Source: Actinomycetes bacterium
GTDB lineage: Bacteria; Actinomycetota; Thermoleophilia; BMS3ABIN01
NCBI GenBank assembly: GCA_021790115.1
Contig: JAJYIM010000005.1
Span: 1 to 60,216 of the forward strand
DNA length: 60,216 nucleotides
Direction: 5' to 3'
Below are positions 8,546 to 17,477 of this stretch, piece by piece (position 1 is the stretch's first letter; the number at the start of each line of letters is the position of its first letter). The notes below the pieces were generated by a model. That model ran no database searches, was not told the DNA's origin, and saw only the letters and a program-made list of their open reading frames with translations. The position numbers were made by a program, and so were the translations under genes.

Positions 8546-9907
8546 TTACTCGTGGATGTGAATGGGAGCGCCCAGCGGCACCCAGTTAAAGATGTGATGG
8601 GCAGTCTCCACCGGCAGGCCCACACAGCCATGGCTGGAGCGTACCCCGAAAGTAGTAGCCCAGTAATTCCCGTGCATGGTGTAATCGCCGTCGAAGACCA
8701 TTACCCAGGGAACATGGGGAGCAAAATAGCCGGGGCCCCGCATATCCACGGAGGAAATCTTGGCGTAAATCGTGAAATCTCCCAGCGGCGTGGGGCTGCC
8801 GATAGCGCCGCTGGCGCACTGGTAACTTTCAATCGGGTTGCCGTTTTCCAGCAACGTCACTGTCTCGGTGGACACGTTCACGTCTATGGACTTCGACGGC
8901 GCCGTTGTGAATGTGGCCTGCATGTCACGATCGACAAATCCTCCGCTGATGCCGTGAAACGCCTGAGCGCCTCCTTTCAGCAGGATCGTGACATCCTGGA
9001 GATGATCCCAGCTCTTGGCGGGAACAAACTGCAGCTCATTGGGCTGAGGCCAGCTGAAACTGCCGGCTACCTTGGGCTCAATAGAGACGAGCTGCTGCGC
9101 CATCTGCGGATTGGAAACCGGCTCGCTAAACACGATCGTAGGATGCGCATCGGTGCTGGCGTTGGTGACGCTGTCGGCAGGCGAGAATGTCACACCCAAT
9201 GAGGGCGGCGTGCTTAAGGTCGCGGTCACCGGCTGATTCATCTGGACGCCGTTCTTCGAAGTGGCCGCGGTTATCGTCAGCGCATATTTCTTGCCCTGCT
9301 CAAACTTGGCCAGGGAGATAATCGCGGTGCGGCCGTCGTCGCTGACTCTGGACGTGCTCTTTACGCCGTCCAGCTTATAATTAAAACTGCTGATGGGGAT
9401 ATTCCACTGCAGCTTCAGGTCCTGGCCATTCTTGACAACCAGCCCATCCTTGCTCACGACCGGCATAGGCGTGATCAGGGTTGTAAATGTTGATGTTTCC
9501 TGCACCTGCCTGTCGGCAATGCCGGATAGCCCAATCTTCTTGACGGTGCCGCTGACCGTGACAGTATACTCTGCATCCGCCACCAGCGGATTTGATCCAT
9601 CAGCCGCTACAAATTTGCCATTTTGCAAATGGCCTGCAATTATCCGTCCGTTGTCCCGGGAGCCGTCCGGGGCAATTTTCTTCTCCAGCACGCTCACCGA
9701 AGTGATCGCGGCGCCCCAGTGGCTGGCGGCAATTTCAAGCGACTGCTGTGAGGGGTTTATCTCGCTGGCGCCATTGGCGGGGCTGATAGCAATCCCGGGC
9801 GGAAAAACCACGAGCACCAGGACGACGGCAATTATTACCAGGGCAATAATAAACCCGGCCACAAGGGCAGCCAGTTTCCTTGGAGCCATCGATAAAAACC
9901 GTGGCAT
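8546..9907 (-). CDS. L,D-transpeptidase family protein with N-terminal TM and Ig-like domains
   Basis: C-terminal YkuD motif MHGNYW...SHGCVGL; TPLG; beta-rich Ig-like middle. Confidence 0.85.
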   Translation of the reverse strand: MPRFLSMAPRKLAALVAGFIIALVIIAVVLVLVVFPPGIAISPANGASEINPSQQSLEIAASHWGAAITSVSVLEKKIAPDGSRDNGRIIAGHLQNGKFVAADGSNPLVADAEYTVTVSGTVKKIGLSGIADRQVQETSTFTTLITPMPVVSKDGLVVKNGQDLKLQWNIPISSFNYKLDGVKSTSRVSDDGRTAIISLAKFEQGKKYALTITAATSKNGVQMNQPVTATLSTPPSLGVTFSPADSVTNASTDAHPTIVFSEPVSNPQMAQQLVSIEPKVAGSFSWPQPNELQFVPAKSWDHLQDVTILLKGGAQAFHGISGGFVDRDMQATFTTAPSKSIDVNVSTETVTLLENGNPIESYQCASGAIGSPTPLGDFTIYAKISSVDMRGPGYFAPHVPWVMVFDGDYTMHGNYWATTFGVRSSHGCVGLPVETAHHIFNWVPLGAPIHIHE

Positions 9908-10262
9908 CTTTGGTAGCTCAGCTTGTTTTGCAGCCTCTCTGCCCAGCTTAACCGCCCTGCCTGATGCTTGATATGATAATTAGGCCTTCCGAAACTGCTG
10001 CCGGAATAATACTTTAGAATCTACCCTGCCGGCGCCACCGTCTAACCCCCGCTTGCCGGTATCATGTTGCCACTTGCCTTTTTGACAACAAGCCTGCCGG
10101 CGGCTGTGCCCCAAATTAAAAAAGTATAACAATTGCAGCAGTTTGTTTCCAGATAATTTATAATTACTGCAAACATTTTACGAGTTCCTGCTTATTTTTT
10201 TACAATTTGCTTTCGGGGGGCTGCCATGATTGCCGCCCAGGCAGAATCTGGCGCAAATTATG

Positions 10263-10724
10263 ATGGAATTGAAGCGGGAAAAAATTTTGGTTAGCGGCTG
10301 CCTCGCCGGGCTCCCCTGCAGTCATGACGGCCAGGGGCGCCTCAACAAAACGGTCAGGCGCCTGGTTGATGATGGCGCCGCAGTGCCCGTCTGCCCCGAG
10401 CAATTGGCGGGCCTGCCTTCGCCGCGTGAAATGGCCGAGATTGATGGCGGTGACGGAACCGGCGTCCTGGACGGAAAAGCCCGCGTCCGCTCGCGCCCGG
10501 GAAAGGATCTGTCGGCCGCTTTCACCAAAGGCGCGCAGGAAACGCTTAAGCTTGCCCGCCGCCACAGCTGCCGCATGGCGGTGCTTAAAGCCAGAAGCCC
10601 CTCCTGCGGCCGGGGACAGATTTACAACGGCAGTTTCCGTGGCCGGCTGAAGTCCGGCAGCGGCGTCACGGCGGCTCTGCTCATGCGCGCCGGCATTGAG
10701 GTTGCCACTGATGAAGAAATATAA
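10263..10724 (+). CDS. DUF523 family protein (TudS-like thiouracil desulfidase)
   Basis: ILVSGCLAG, VCPE, LKARSPSCG, GVTAALL motifs. Confidence 0.88.
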   Translation: MELKREKILVSGCLAGLPCSHDGQGRLNKTVRRLVDDGAAVPVCPEQLAGLPSPREMAEIDGGDGTGVLDGKARVRSRPGKDLSAAFTKGAQETLKLARRHSCRMAVLKARSPSCGRGQIYNGSFRGRLKSGSGVTAALLMRAGIEVATDEEI

Positions 10725-11733
10725 AGCAATCGCGCTGCTCTCCGGCGGCCTGGACAGCCGCCTGGCCGTCAAGATGATGCTCGATCAGGGCATTGAGCTG
10801 GAAGCGGTCAATTTCGTCACCGCTTTTTGCACCTGCACCGCCAAGAGCAGTTGCAAATCCGAAGCCAGCAAGGCGGCGGCGGAATTTGGCATCCCGCTGA
10901 AAGTTCTCAACGCCACGGACGAGATCCTGACAGCGGTGAGGGAGCCCCGGCATGGTTTTGGCCGCGGCCTCAACCCGTGCCTGGACTGCCGCATCAGCAT
11001 GTTTCGCCGGGCCGGGCGGCGCATGCGCGAAACTGGCGCCGGCTTTATCGTCACGGGCGAGGTCTGGGGAGAGCGCCCGATGTCGCAGCGCCCGGATGCG
11101 ATGCGCATCATTGAGCGGGAGTCCGGCCTGGAAGGGCTGATCGTGCGGCCGCTCTGTGCCCATCTGTTCGAACCCAGCCTGCCGGAGCGCGAGGGCTGGG
11201 TCGACCGCGGGCGGATGATGGCAATTGCCGGGCGTTCGCGCAAGCCGCAGATGCAGCTGGCGGCGGAGCTGGGGGTTTATGACTATCCCTGCCCGGCGGG
11301 TGGCTGCCTGCTTTGCGACCGCAACTTCTCTGCCCGCCTGCGGATGCTGCTGGCGGAAAACCCGGAGCCCGGGATTGCCGAGATCCAGGCGCTCAAGCTG
11401 GGGCGGCTATTTATCTCCTCCAGCGGCAGCAGGATCATCATTCCGCGCAACGAGGAAGAAACCAGCCGGCTTGAGGCTCTGGCCCGCCCCGGCGACATCA
11501 TCATGAGCGCCGATGGTTTCGCGGGCCCGACGACGCTGATAAAGGGAGCCGGCGACGGTGATGGCAGCATCGAGGAGGCGGCGGCGCTGACGGCGCGCTA
11601 CGGCCGGGCAAGGGAAGAGGAAACAGTATCAATAAGCTGGCGCCTCGCCGGCGCGGCAGAGAAAACGGCAGAATCATTGCAGGCCTTGCCGGCAACGGGC
11701 CGGCGGCTGGCCGGCACGCTGGAGCGCCTCTGA
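10711..11733 (+). CDS. ThiI/MnmA-like PP-loop tRNA sulfurtransferase family protein
   Basis: LLSGGLDS PP-loop, NPCLDC, GERPMSQ, YPCPAGGCLL; overlaps DUF523 gene by 14 bp. Confidence 0.8.
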   Translation: MKKYKAIALLSGGLDSRLAVKMMLDQGIELEAVNFVTAFCTCTAKSSCKSEASKAAAEFGIPLKVLNATDEILTAVREPRHGFGRGLNPCLDCRISMFRRAGRRMRETGAGFIVTGEVWGERPMSQRPDAMRIIERESGLEGLIVRPLCAHLFEPSLPEREGWVDRGRMMAIAGRSRKPQMQLAAELGVYDYPCPAGGCLLCDRNFSARLRMLLAENPEPGIAEIQALKLGRLFISSSGSRIIIPRNEEETSRLEALARPGDIIMSADGFAGPTTLIKGAGDGDGSIEEAAALTARYGRAREEETVSISWRLAGAAEKTAESLQALPATGRRLAGTLERL

Positions 11734-11762
11734 CAAAGCGGTTTCAGATACAATGAATCCTT

Positions 11763-11777
11763 TAATAATCATTAAAA
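11763..11777. promoter_or_regulatory. Possible Fur/PerR-family 7-1-7 operator
   Basis: TAATAAT-C-ATTAAAA upstream of the putative selenoprotein. Confidence 0.3.
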
Positions 11778-11843
11778 TCTAAGTTATTGATGATTGCGCT
11801 CCGAAACAATAAACATAACCAAGAGAAGCGAGGGGGAGAATAA

Positions 11844-12164
11844 GTGCAATCCATAATTCCTGTTTTTGGCTCACGTTATCTTGATTCCTGCTCCGGCGGT
11901 TGAGGGCCAAGCTGGTCTCTGGAAGAGGTCACCGAAACTATTAACAGGCAACTGGCCCACGATTTTGACGGCGGCGCCAGGTTGCGTTATGTCGATTTTG
12001 ATTCCCATGATCTTGCCGAATACCCTGATGTGCGCCAAAAAGTTAAGCAAGGCTCCATCGAGCCCGGCGCCATTATGATTGAAGGCAAGCTCGTTAACAT
12101 CTGGGAAATCTCTTACACCAGGCTGCTCGCCGAGTTTGAGCGGCTGGGGGCAAAAAAACAGTAA
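11844..12164 (+). CDS. Probable selenoprotein, YuzD/DUF1462-like thioredoxin fold (106 aa, CSGGU motif)
   Basis: RBS AGGGGGAG + GTG 11844; frame open except TGA 11901-11903; continues into ORF 11982..12164; hairpin GGTCTC-TGGAA-GAGGTC at 11914-11930. Confidence 0.8.
11914..11930 (+). promoter_or_regulatory. Candidate bacterial SECIS element
   Basis: Stem-loop whose G-containing loop starts 16 nt after the UGA. Confidence 0.6.
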
Positions 12165-12256
12165 GATTCCGCCTCAAGGGAATGTCCCGTTCCGACCGGC
12201 TGTCAAAGTATTTTGGCTTTGCCTCGCAGCGGATTGCCTTTTGAGACAAAATCCAG

Positions 12257-13108
12257 TTACTTGATCCGCTTTAGCAGCACCGGCACTTCTGTTTGCCTCA
12301 GGATCCCCTTTACCGTTGCCGCCCGTTCGCCTGCCATCTGCCCGCGCCAGATGAGAGCTATCATGTCCTCGTGTTGCTCGCGCGCAAAGGCAAGAGTCTC
12401 GGCAACGGTGCCTCCCGTCCGGTAGACGAGACGGATGTTTGCTTCGGGTTGCCGGGCCGCGAAGCGGCGCATGAACTCATCGGCCCATCCTGACCAGTCG
12501 TAATGAGGCCGGTCAAGATATCTGGGGCCGGTGAATGCACCTGCTTCGACGGGCTGCCTGGCGCTGACGGCAACATGAAGCACGTCAATATCCGCTCCCA
12601 TCATCTGCGCCAGGCTAAAGACCTGGTCCACCTCGCTTGCCGTCACCGGCGAGCCGTCATGAGGAATCAGCATCCGGCCCGGCTGCCAGTCGCGGTCGGG
12701 TGTGCCCTGCCTGAGCGGGCGCACCACCATCACCGGGATATCGCATTGCTGAATCACGTTCATGGTGACGCTGCCGGCAACGAGCCCGGCATCGTGCGTT
12801 CTGCCATGGCTAGACATGACAATCATGCTGGCGTCGAGGCTGGTGCCCAGCTCCAGAATGGCATTGACGATTTGACCGGTAGGTTGATGAAAAATGATTT
12901 TTTTGGTGTTGACCTGGCCCAGATTGAGCAGCCGCAGCAGCTGTTCTTCCGGCTGCGGCTCCTTGCCAACGTAAACAACGTGCAATGACGCCTCCAGCAG
13001 CCGCGCCACGGCCTCGGCGGCGCCGAAGGCCCGGGCGGCTGTGCGTGAGCCGTCCAGAGGAATGATGATCGCGCGCTGGTAATTACCATTGTCAGGATGA
13101 TTTATCAA
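12257..13108 (-). CDS. Universal stress protein (tandem Usp domains)
   Basis: IIIPLDGS, IVMSSHGR...GSVT, LIPHDGS; TTG start after GGAGG, overlapping GH65 end. Confidence 0.85.
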   Translation of the reverse strand: MINHPDNGNYQRAIIIPLDGSRTAARAFGAAEAVARLLEASLHVVYVGKEPQPEEQLLRLLNLGQVNTKKIIFHQPTGQIVNAILELGTSLDASMIVMSSHGRTHDAGLVAGSVTMNVIQQCDIPVMVVRPLRQGTPDRDWQPGRMLIPHDGSPVTASEVDQVFSLAQMMGADIDVLHVAVSARQPVEAGAFTGPRYLDRPHYDWSGWADEFMRRFAARQPEANIRLVYRTGGTVAETLAFAREQHEDMIALIWRGQMAGERAATVKGILRQTEVPVLLKRIK

Positions 13109-16100
13109 AAAGGCCTCCCTTCTCCCCGGCCGGCCCCTGATCGCCCGGCAGCGCAACAACGCCGGCGCCGGGCTCGGCGCCGGGCCGCTTAAAATCGCCC
13201 CAGCCGTCTCCCCCCCAGCGTGAAACATAGCTGCCTGCCGCCAGAGGCGTCAGCCGGCCGCCGAATATTCCTAACTTAGCCTCCCCCTCTCCCGCAATTT
13301 CCACACCGGTTTCAGCCTCCCGCCTGACGGTGAAACGCAACTGCATGTTTCGCCAAAGCAGCGTGAATTCGATTTTGCCCCATTGCCCGGGCAGCCGCGG
13401 GTAAACGTAAATGCCTTCCCTGGTTATCCTGACGCCGGCAAAACCCATAATCACCTGTTGCCAGAGCCCGCCCAGCGCCGCCACGTGAATGCCGCCGGCG
13501 GCATTGCCGTAGGTCAAGTCAATTCTTGCGCCCCTGCGGAAATAATGCCAGGCAGTCTCCATCAGGCCCAGCCGCGCGGCCACCAGGCCATAAATGGCAG
13601 GCGAGAGCGAGCTGCCGTGGCAGGTGCGGGGCTCGTAATAATCAAAGCTGTTTCTAACGGCGGCCGGATCAAGTTCCTCTTCCAGCAGGTAAAGCGCCAT
13701 GACAACATCGGCCTGCTTGACAAGCTGGGAAGCGACCGTGCGCTCGTGGCCCAGCAGCACGTCAACCGGCGCCCAGCGCGGCTCCAGCCGGCCAAGGTCA
13801 ATGTCCTCCAGCTGAAAGTAGCCGCCAAACTGCTCAATGACGCCTGCGGCTGTGCCTGTTGGCGCGCCGGCAGGTCCGCCCTTGGCGTCGGCGCCGCGCG
13901 CCGCCTCCGTGAGCCCGGCTTCTCTCGGGCCGGCCGGCAGTGGCTTTTTTTCTGCACGCTTGCCGGCCACCCGGGCGGCCGGCCCCAGATGCATGCCGGC
14001 GGCCACCTGCCGCCAGCGCGCAGGCTCGCCGTCGTCAAACCCCAGCTTTTCCGCCAGCAATTGCCATTCCTGCGGCCACCCGGCCTTAAGCCACTCCACC
14101 ACCTCGGCGGCGCGCCTTAAATTCCAGCGCGCCGTCAGGTTGGTGTAAAAGTTGTCATCCACACCCTCGTCGTGATACTCATCCGGGCCTTCCACGCCGA
14201 GAATATGGAAAACCCCATCCCTGGCGGTAACGCGGCTGGCCCAAAAGCGGGCGGTCTCGATCAGCAGCTCGGCGCCGGCGCCGGCCATGAAGCTGTCATC
14301 GCCGCTGACGTTCCAGTACAACCAGGCGCCCCAGGCAACCGCGGCGCTGATGTGGTGCTCGAGCTTGCCGGAAAGAACGGGCACAACCTCGCCTTTGGCG
14401 TCAAGCACAGCAGCCGGCGTCATGTCCGCGCCCGTAGCGGTTGCCTCCCAGGAAAAAAGCGCCCCGGCATAACCCTTTTTGATTGCATTGCCGCGGGCCG
14501 CAGACAGGGTGTGGAAACGGTACATGAGCATGTTGCGGGCCGTAGGCGGATGAGTGAAGATGAAAAAAGGCAGGATAAACATCTCTGCGTCCCAGAAAAT
14601 ATGTCCCTTGTAGATGGACCCGGTAAGCGCCCGGGCGCTGATGGAAATCCGCTCGTCATGAGGATTGCCGGCGCTGATCAGGTGATAGCAGGCAAAATTA
14701 AGCCACTGCTGACTCTCCGGGTCATCCACGCTGATGGCGACTGCGGCGCGCCGCTGCCGCCACGCCTCTGCCTGATCCAGCAACAGCCCGGTGAATCCGC
14801 GCTTGCTGAGCCGGCCTGCATGTGACCTTGCCTCCTGGGCGGGGCCGGCGCTTTCCCGGGAAGTGTAAATGCCGACGTATTTCTCAATCGTGACCGGCTG
14901 CCCGGGCGCGGCCCGCCAGCGCCAGTTTTCGAACACCCCCGAATCGTCCGACTGGCTGTCCCGGGCCGGCTCGATAAAACCCGGGGCCGCGGCGCTCCTT
15001 TGATGCTGGACCAGAGTTATGCCCGTATATGCCGTCCGGGCTTCAATAAAGACGCCGCCGTTTTTCCCCGCATCTTTTTCGATAATCTGCAGCGCCGGAA
15101 CACAGCCACCACATATCTTTAATCCGGTCTTGAGGTGGATATCGCCGCGGTAATTTTCCGGCCTTACCGTTACTCTTTCCACGAGGCCATGCGGATCGGC
15201 CAGCGGTGCAAAGCGGGTGAACCTGATCAGCGTTATCCGGTTGTCATGTCCCCGGTGGCGCCACTCGCGGAAGAGCACACCCCTGCTCAGGTCCAGGATG
15301 CGCCTTTGTTCCAGCAGACTTTTCTTGGCAGCGTACAGGTGCTCACCGTTGACAGTGATGCGCGTGAAGATCCAGTCAGGCGCCACGATCAGCTCTTCAA
15401 TCGATTCTTCGCTTGTTTTGTCGTACAACCCGGCTACCAGCGTCGCCGGCGCCGAAGACCTGACCTGCTCCGCCAGGGAGCCGCGGCTGCCCAGATAGCC
15501 GTTGCCAATGGCAAGCAGGGACTCAATTTCGCGCTCCCGCAGATGATTAAAACCGGTCTCTTCCAGCACGGCGGCCGGGTCATCTGCAGGCAGCAGTTGC
15601 CGGTGCAAGCGGATCTGGGCCTGCAGCAGCTCTAAAAAACAGGCAGGGCCGCCGCCTAAATACCGGACCTGGGCAGGAACGCCGTTGGGCTCCGGGCCCA
15701 CGGAGATATAGGTGGAGCCAGACGGCCAGTCTTCAGCTTCGGCGGCAGGGCCGGCTGCACCTGGCGCGGCCAGCTCGGGCAACACCATGTGAAAATCGCT
15801 GCCCTCAAAGCCGGCCACGGGTCCAAACTCGTCGCCGCCAATGAGCATGTCTGCAAAGGGAATATTTCTTTTGCGGCAAAGCTCGCCGGCAATCCAGCGC
15901 ATCGAATCTGACTTGTCGGTGAGGCCGACTTCGATGTGCTTGACGTCGCTGGTGACCCGGGCCCCGGCGAGGCCGAAGCGCCGGGAGTAATAGGCAGTCA
16001 GCTCAAAAGCGCTATGGATGCCGCCGGCAAAGCCGCCGTCCCGAAGGCGGGCTTCCGTTTTTTTGATAAGCTTGCCGATCTGTGATTTGGGCGGGTCCGG

Positions 16101-16553
16101 CCATTCGGGAATGAGGTCAATCTTGCGGCGGTTCAGGCGGTCGAAAACCACTGCAACGGAGACGCGGGAGCGGCCCTCGATGTCCTGCCTGACGGCAGTG
16201 GCGATCCGGTCCAGTAGCTCATTTTCGTGTGGAGTCGCTTCCTTGTGGTAAATGAGCATAGGGGATCCGCCTTCGTCAAAACCGTACACTTCCGAGCCCC
16301 GGTTGGTGCAAACATGAAGGCGGCGCTTGTGGGGGCTGTTAATAAGAGAGCACACCTGGCGGTCGATGTTGCCAAAGTTAGTGCCGGTGACAATGACAAT
16401 GAAAACTTCCAGCTCAAGCAGCTCTTCCAGGGCGGCCGCCACCGGGGCGGCGTCGGCGCGCCGGTCGCTGACGGCCGTGCCGTCCCAGTCAAAAGCAATT
16501 ATCCGGAATAAGTGCTGAGCCGCCTGCGGAAACGCGGCAAGGCAACCAGGCAT
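13092..16553 (-). CDS. HAD-like domain fused to GH65 glycoside phosphorylase (trehalose/maltose/kojibiose type)
   Basis: N-terminal FDWDGT and GDEFG; GH65 motifs IGNGYLGSRG, YKGHIFWD, GPDEYH, KQAD, HGSSLS. Confidence 0.88.
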   Translation of the reverse strand: MPGCLAAFPQAAQHLFRIIAFDWDGTAVSDRRADAAPVAAALEELLELEVFIVIVTGTNFGNIDRQVCSLINSPHKRRLHVCTNRGSEVYGFDEGGSPMLIYHKEATPHENELLDRIATAVRQDIEGRSRVSVAVVFDRLNRRKIDLIPEWPDPPKSQIGKLIKKTEARLRDGGFAGGIHSAFELTAYYSRRFGLAGARVTSDVKHIEVGLTDKSDSMRWIAGELCRKRNIPFADMLIGGDEFGPVAGFEGSDFHMVLPELAAPGAAGPAAEAEDWPSGSTYISVGPEPNGVPAQVRYLGGGPACFLELLQAQIRLHRQLLPADDPAAVLEETGFNHLREREIESLLAIGNGYLGSRGSLAEQVRSSAPATLVAGLYDKTSEESIEELIVAPDWIFTRITVNGEHLYAAKKSLLEQRRILDLSRGVLFREWRHRGHDNRITLIRFTRFAPLADPHGLVERVTVRPENYRGDIHLKTGLKICGGCVPALQIIEKDAGKNGGVFIEARTAYTGITLVQHQRSAAAPGFIEPARDSQSDDSGVFENWRWRAAPGQPVTIEKYVGIYTSRESAGPAQEARSHAGRLSKRGFTGLLLDQAEAWRQRRAAVAISVDDPESQQWLNFACYHLISAGNPHDERISISARALTGSIYKGHIFWDAEMFILPFFIFTHPPTARNMLMYRFHTLSAARGNAIKKGYAGALFSWEATATGADMTPAAVLDAKGEVVPVLSGKLEHHISAAVAWGAWLYWNVSGDDSFMAGAGAELLIETARFWASRVTARDGVFHILGVEGPDEYHDEGVDDNFYTNLTARWNLRRAAEVVEWLKAGWPQEWQLLAEKLGFDDGEPARWRQVAAGMHLGPAARVAGKRAEKKPLPAGPREAGLTEAARGADAKGGPAGAPTGTAAGVIEQFGGYFQLEDIDLGRLEPRWAPVDVLLGHERTVASQLVKQADVVMALYLLEEELDPAAVRNSFDYYEPRTCHGSSLSPAIYGLVAARLGLMETAWHYFRRGARIDLTYGNAAGGIHVAALGGLWQQVIMGFAGVRITREGIYVYPRLPGQWGKIEFTLLWRNMQLRFTVRREAETGVEIAGEGEAKLGIFGGRLTPLAAGSYVSRWGGDGWGDFKRPGAEPGAGVVALPGDQGPAGEKGGLFDKSS

Positions 16554-16669
16554 AATTTCCCCCCGGGCGGTTTACAATGGTTGGCTTAAACCTGCAAGTA
16601 GCCTATCCCAAGCCGGCGGGGTTGAAACGCGCCTGATTAGCCTCAACAACGCGTAGATGGCAGACTTTC

Positions 16670-16760
16670 GGTAGATGGCAGGCTTTTAGCCTGCCTTTGG
16701 GAGAGTTTATCTACGCAAAGAGAAGCCCTCATCTGCACAGGCTAAAAGCCTGTGCCTACC
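16670..16760. repeat. Inverted pair of family A REP-like palindromes (REPIN-like doublet)
   Basis: GGTAGATGGCAGGCTTTTAGCCTGCC (16670-16695) and TCTGCACAGGCTAAAAGCCTGTGCCTACC (16732-16760). Confidence 0.75.
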
Positions 16761-16770
16761 AAGCTAGGCT

Positions 16771-17412
16771 CTAAAACCCGTAAGACGCGGGCAGGAAAAG
16801 ATGGTAAAGCCCGCTGAAGACGCTGATCAGGTTGAACTGGATCATGATAAAGAAAAGCAACATAATAAAAAGCATGCCGTACTGATCCAGACGGATCCAG
16901 CGAATGTAAGCCTCGCGGTTTAGAAATCCACCCAGAATGCGCGACCCATCCAGCGGCGGCACCGGAATTAAGTTAAACGCCATCAGGATCATATTCAGCT
17001 GGAAGACCAGAAACAGAACGCCAAGAAAGGTGCTGTCCACGGGGACCGGATACAGCCATTTCAGCGCCAGCGCCGTCGCTGACGCCAGCATGAAATTGGC
17101 GGTAGGCCCGGCGGCGCCAACCCACATCATCCCCCTCTGGGGATTTTTGAAATAGCTCGGGTTGATGGGGACGGGCTTGGCCCAGCCAAACAGCATGCTG
17201 CCGCCGGAGAGAAAATAGGTAAGAAAAAGCATCAGCGTCCCCAGCGGATCCAGGTGCCTGACAGGATTTGCCGACAGGCGCCCCCGCTTCAACGCCGTCT
17301 CGTCCCCGAGGCGGAAGGCGACATAGCCATGGGCCACCTCGTGGAAAACCATCGAGACCAGCAGCGCCGGCAAGGTTATTAAAAATCGCAACAGAAGTTG
17401 ACTGCCTAACAT
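16771..17412 (-). CDS. Site-2 protease (peptidase M50)
   Basis: HEVAH, AGP, FNLIPVPPLDG. Confidence 0.93.
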   Translation of the reverse strand: MLGSQLLLRFLITLPALLVSMVFHEVAHGYVAFRLGDETALKRGRLSANPVRHLDPLGTLMLFLTYFLSGGSMLFGWAKPVPINPSYFKNPQRGMMWVGAAGPTANFMLASATALALKWLYPVPVDSTFLGVLFLVFQLNMILMAFNLIPVPPLDGSRILGGFLNREAYIRWIRLDQYGMLFIMLLFFIMIQFNLISVFSGLYHLFLPASYGF

Positions 17413-17431
17413 TTAAGCTTTCGTTTGTCCG

Positions 17432-17464
17432 GTGTCTGCACAGGCTGGAAAGCCTGTGCCTACC
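17432..17464 (-). repeat. REP-like palindrome, family A
   Basis: GTGTCTGCACAGGCTGGAAAGCCTGTGCCTACC. Confidence 0.75.
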
Positions 17465-17477
17465 GTTCTGATTGTGT

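Noticed and set aside
11866-12078. 70-aa plus-strand ORF in the track
   Set aside because: Alternative frame of the selenoprotein gene; the UGA-containing frame has the RBS and the recognisable fold.
16604-16628. SigB/SigF-like promoter (GTTTCA-N13-GGGATA) upstream of the GH65-Usp operon
   Set aside because: Imperfect match and too short to distinguish from chance by eye.
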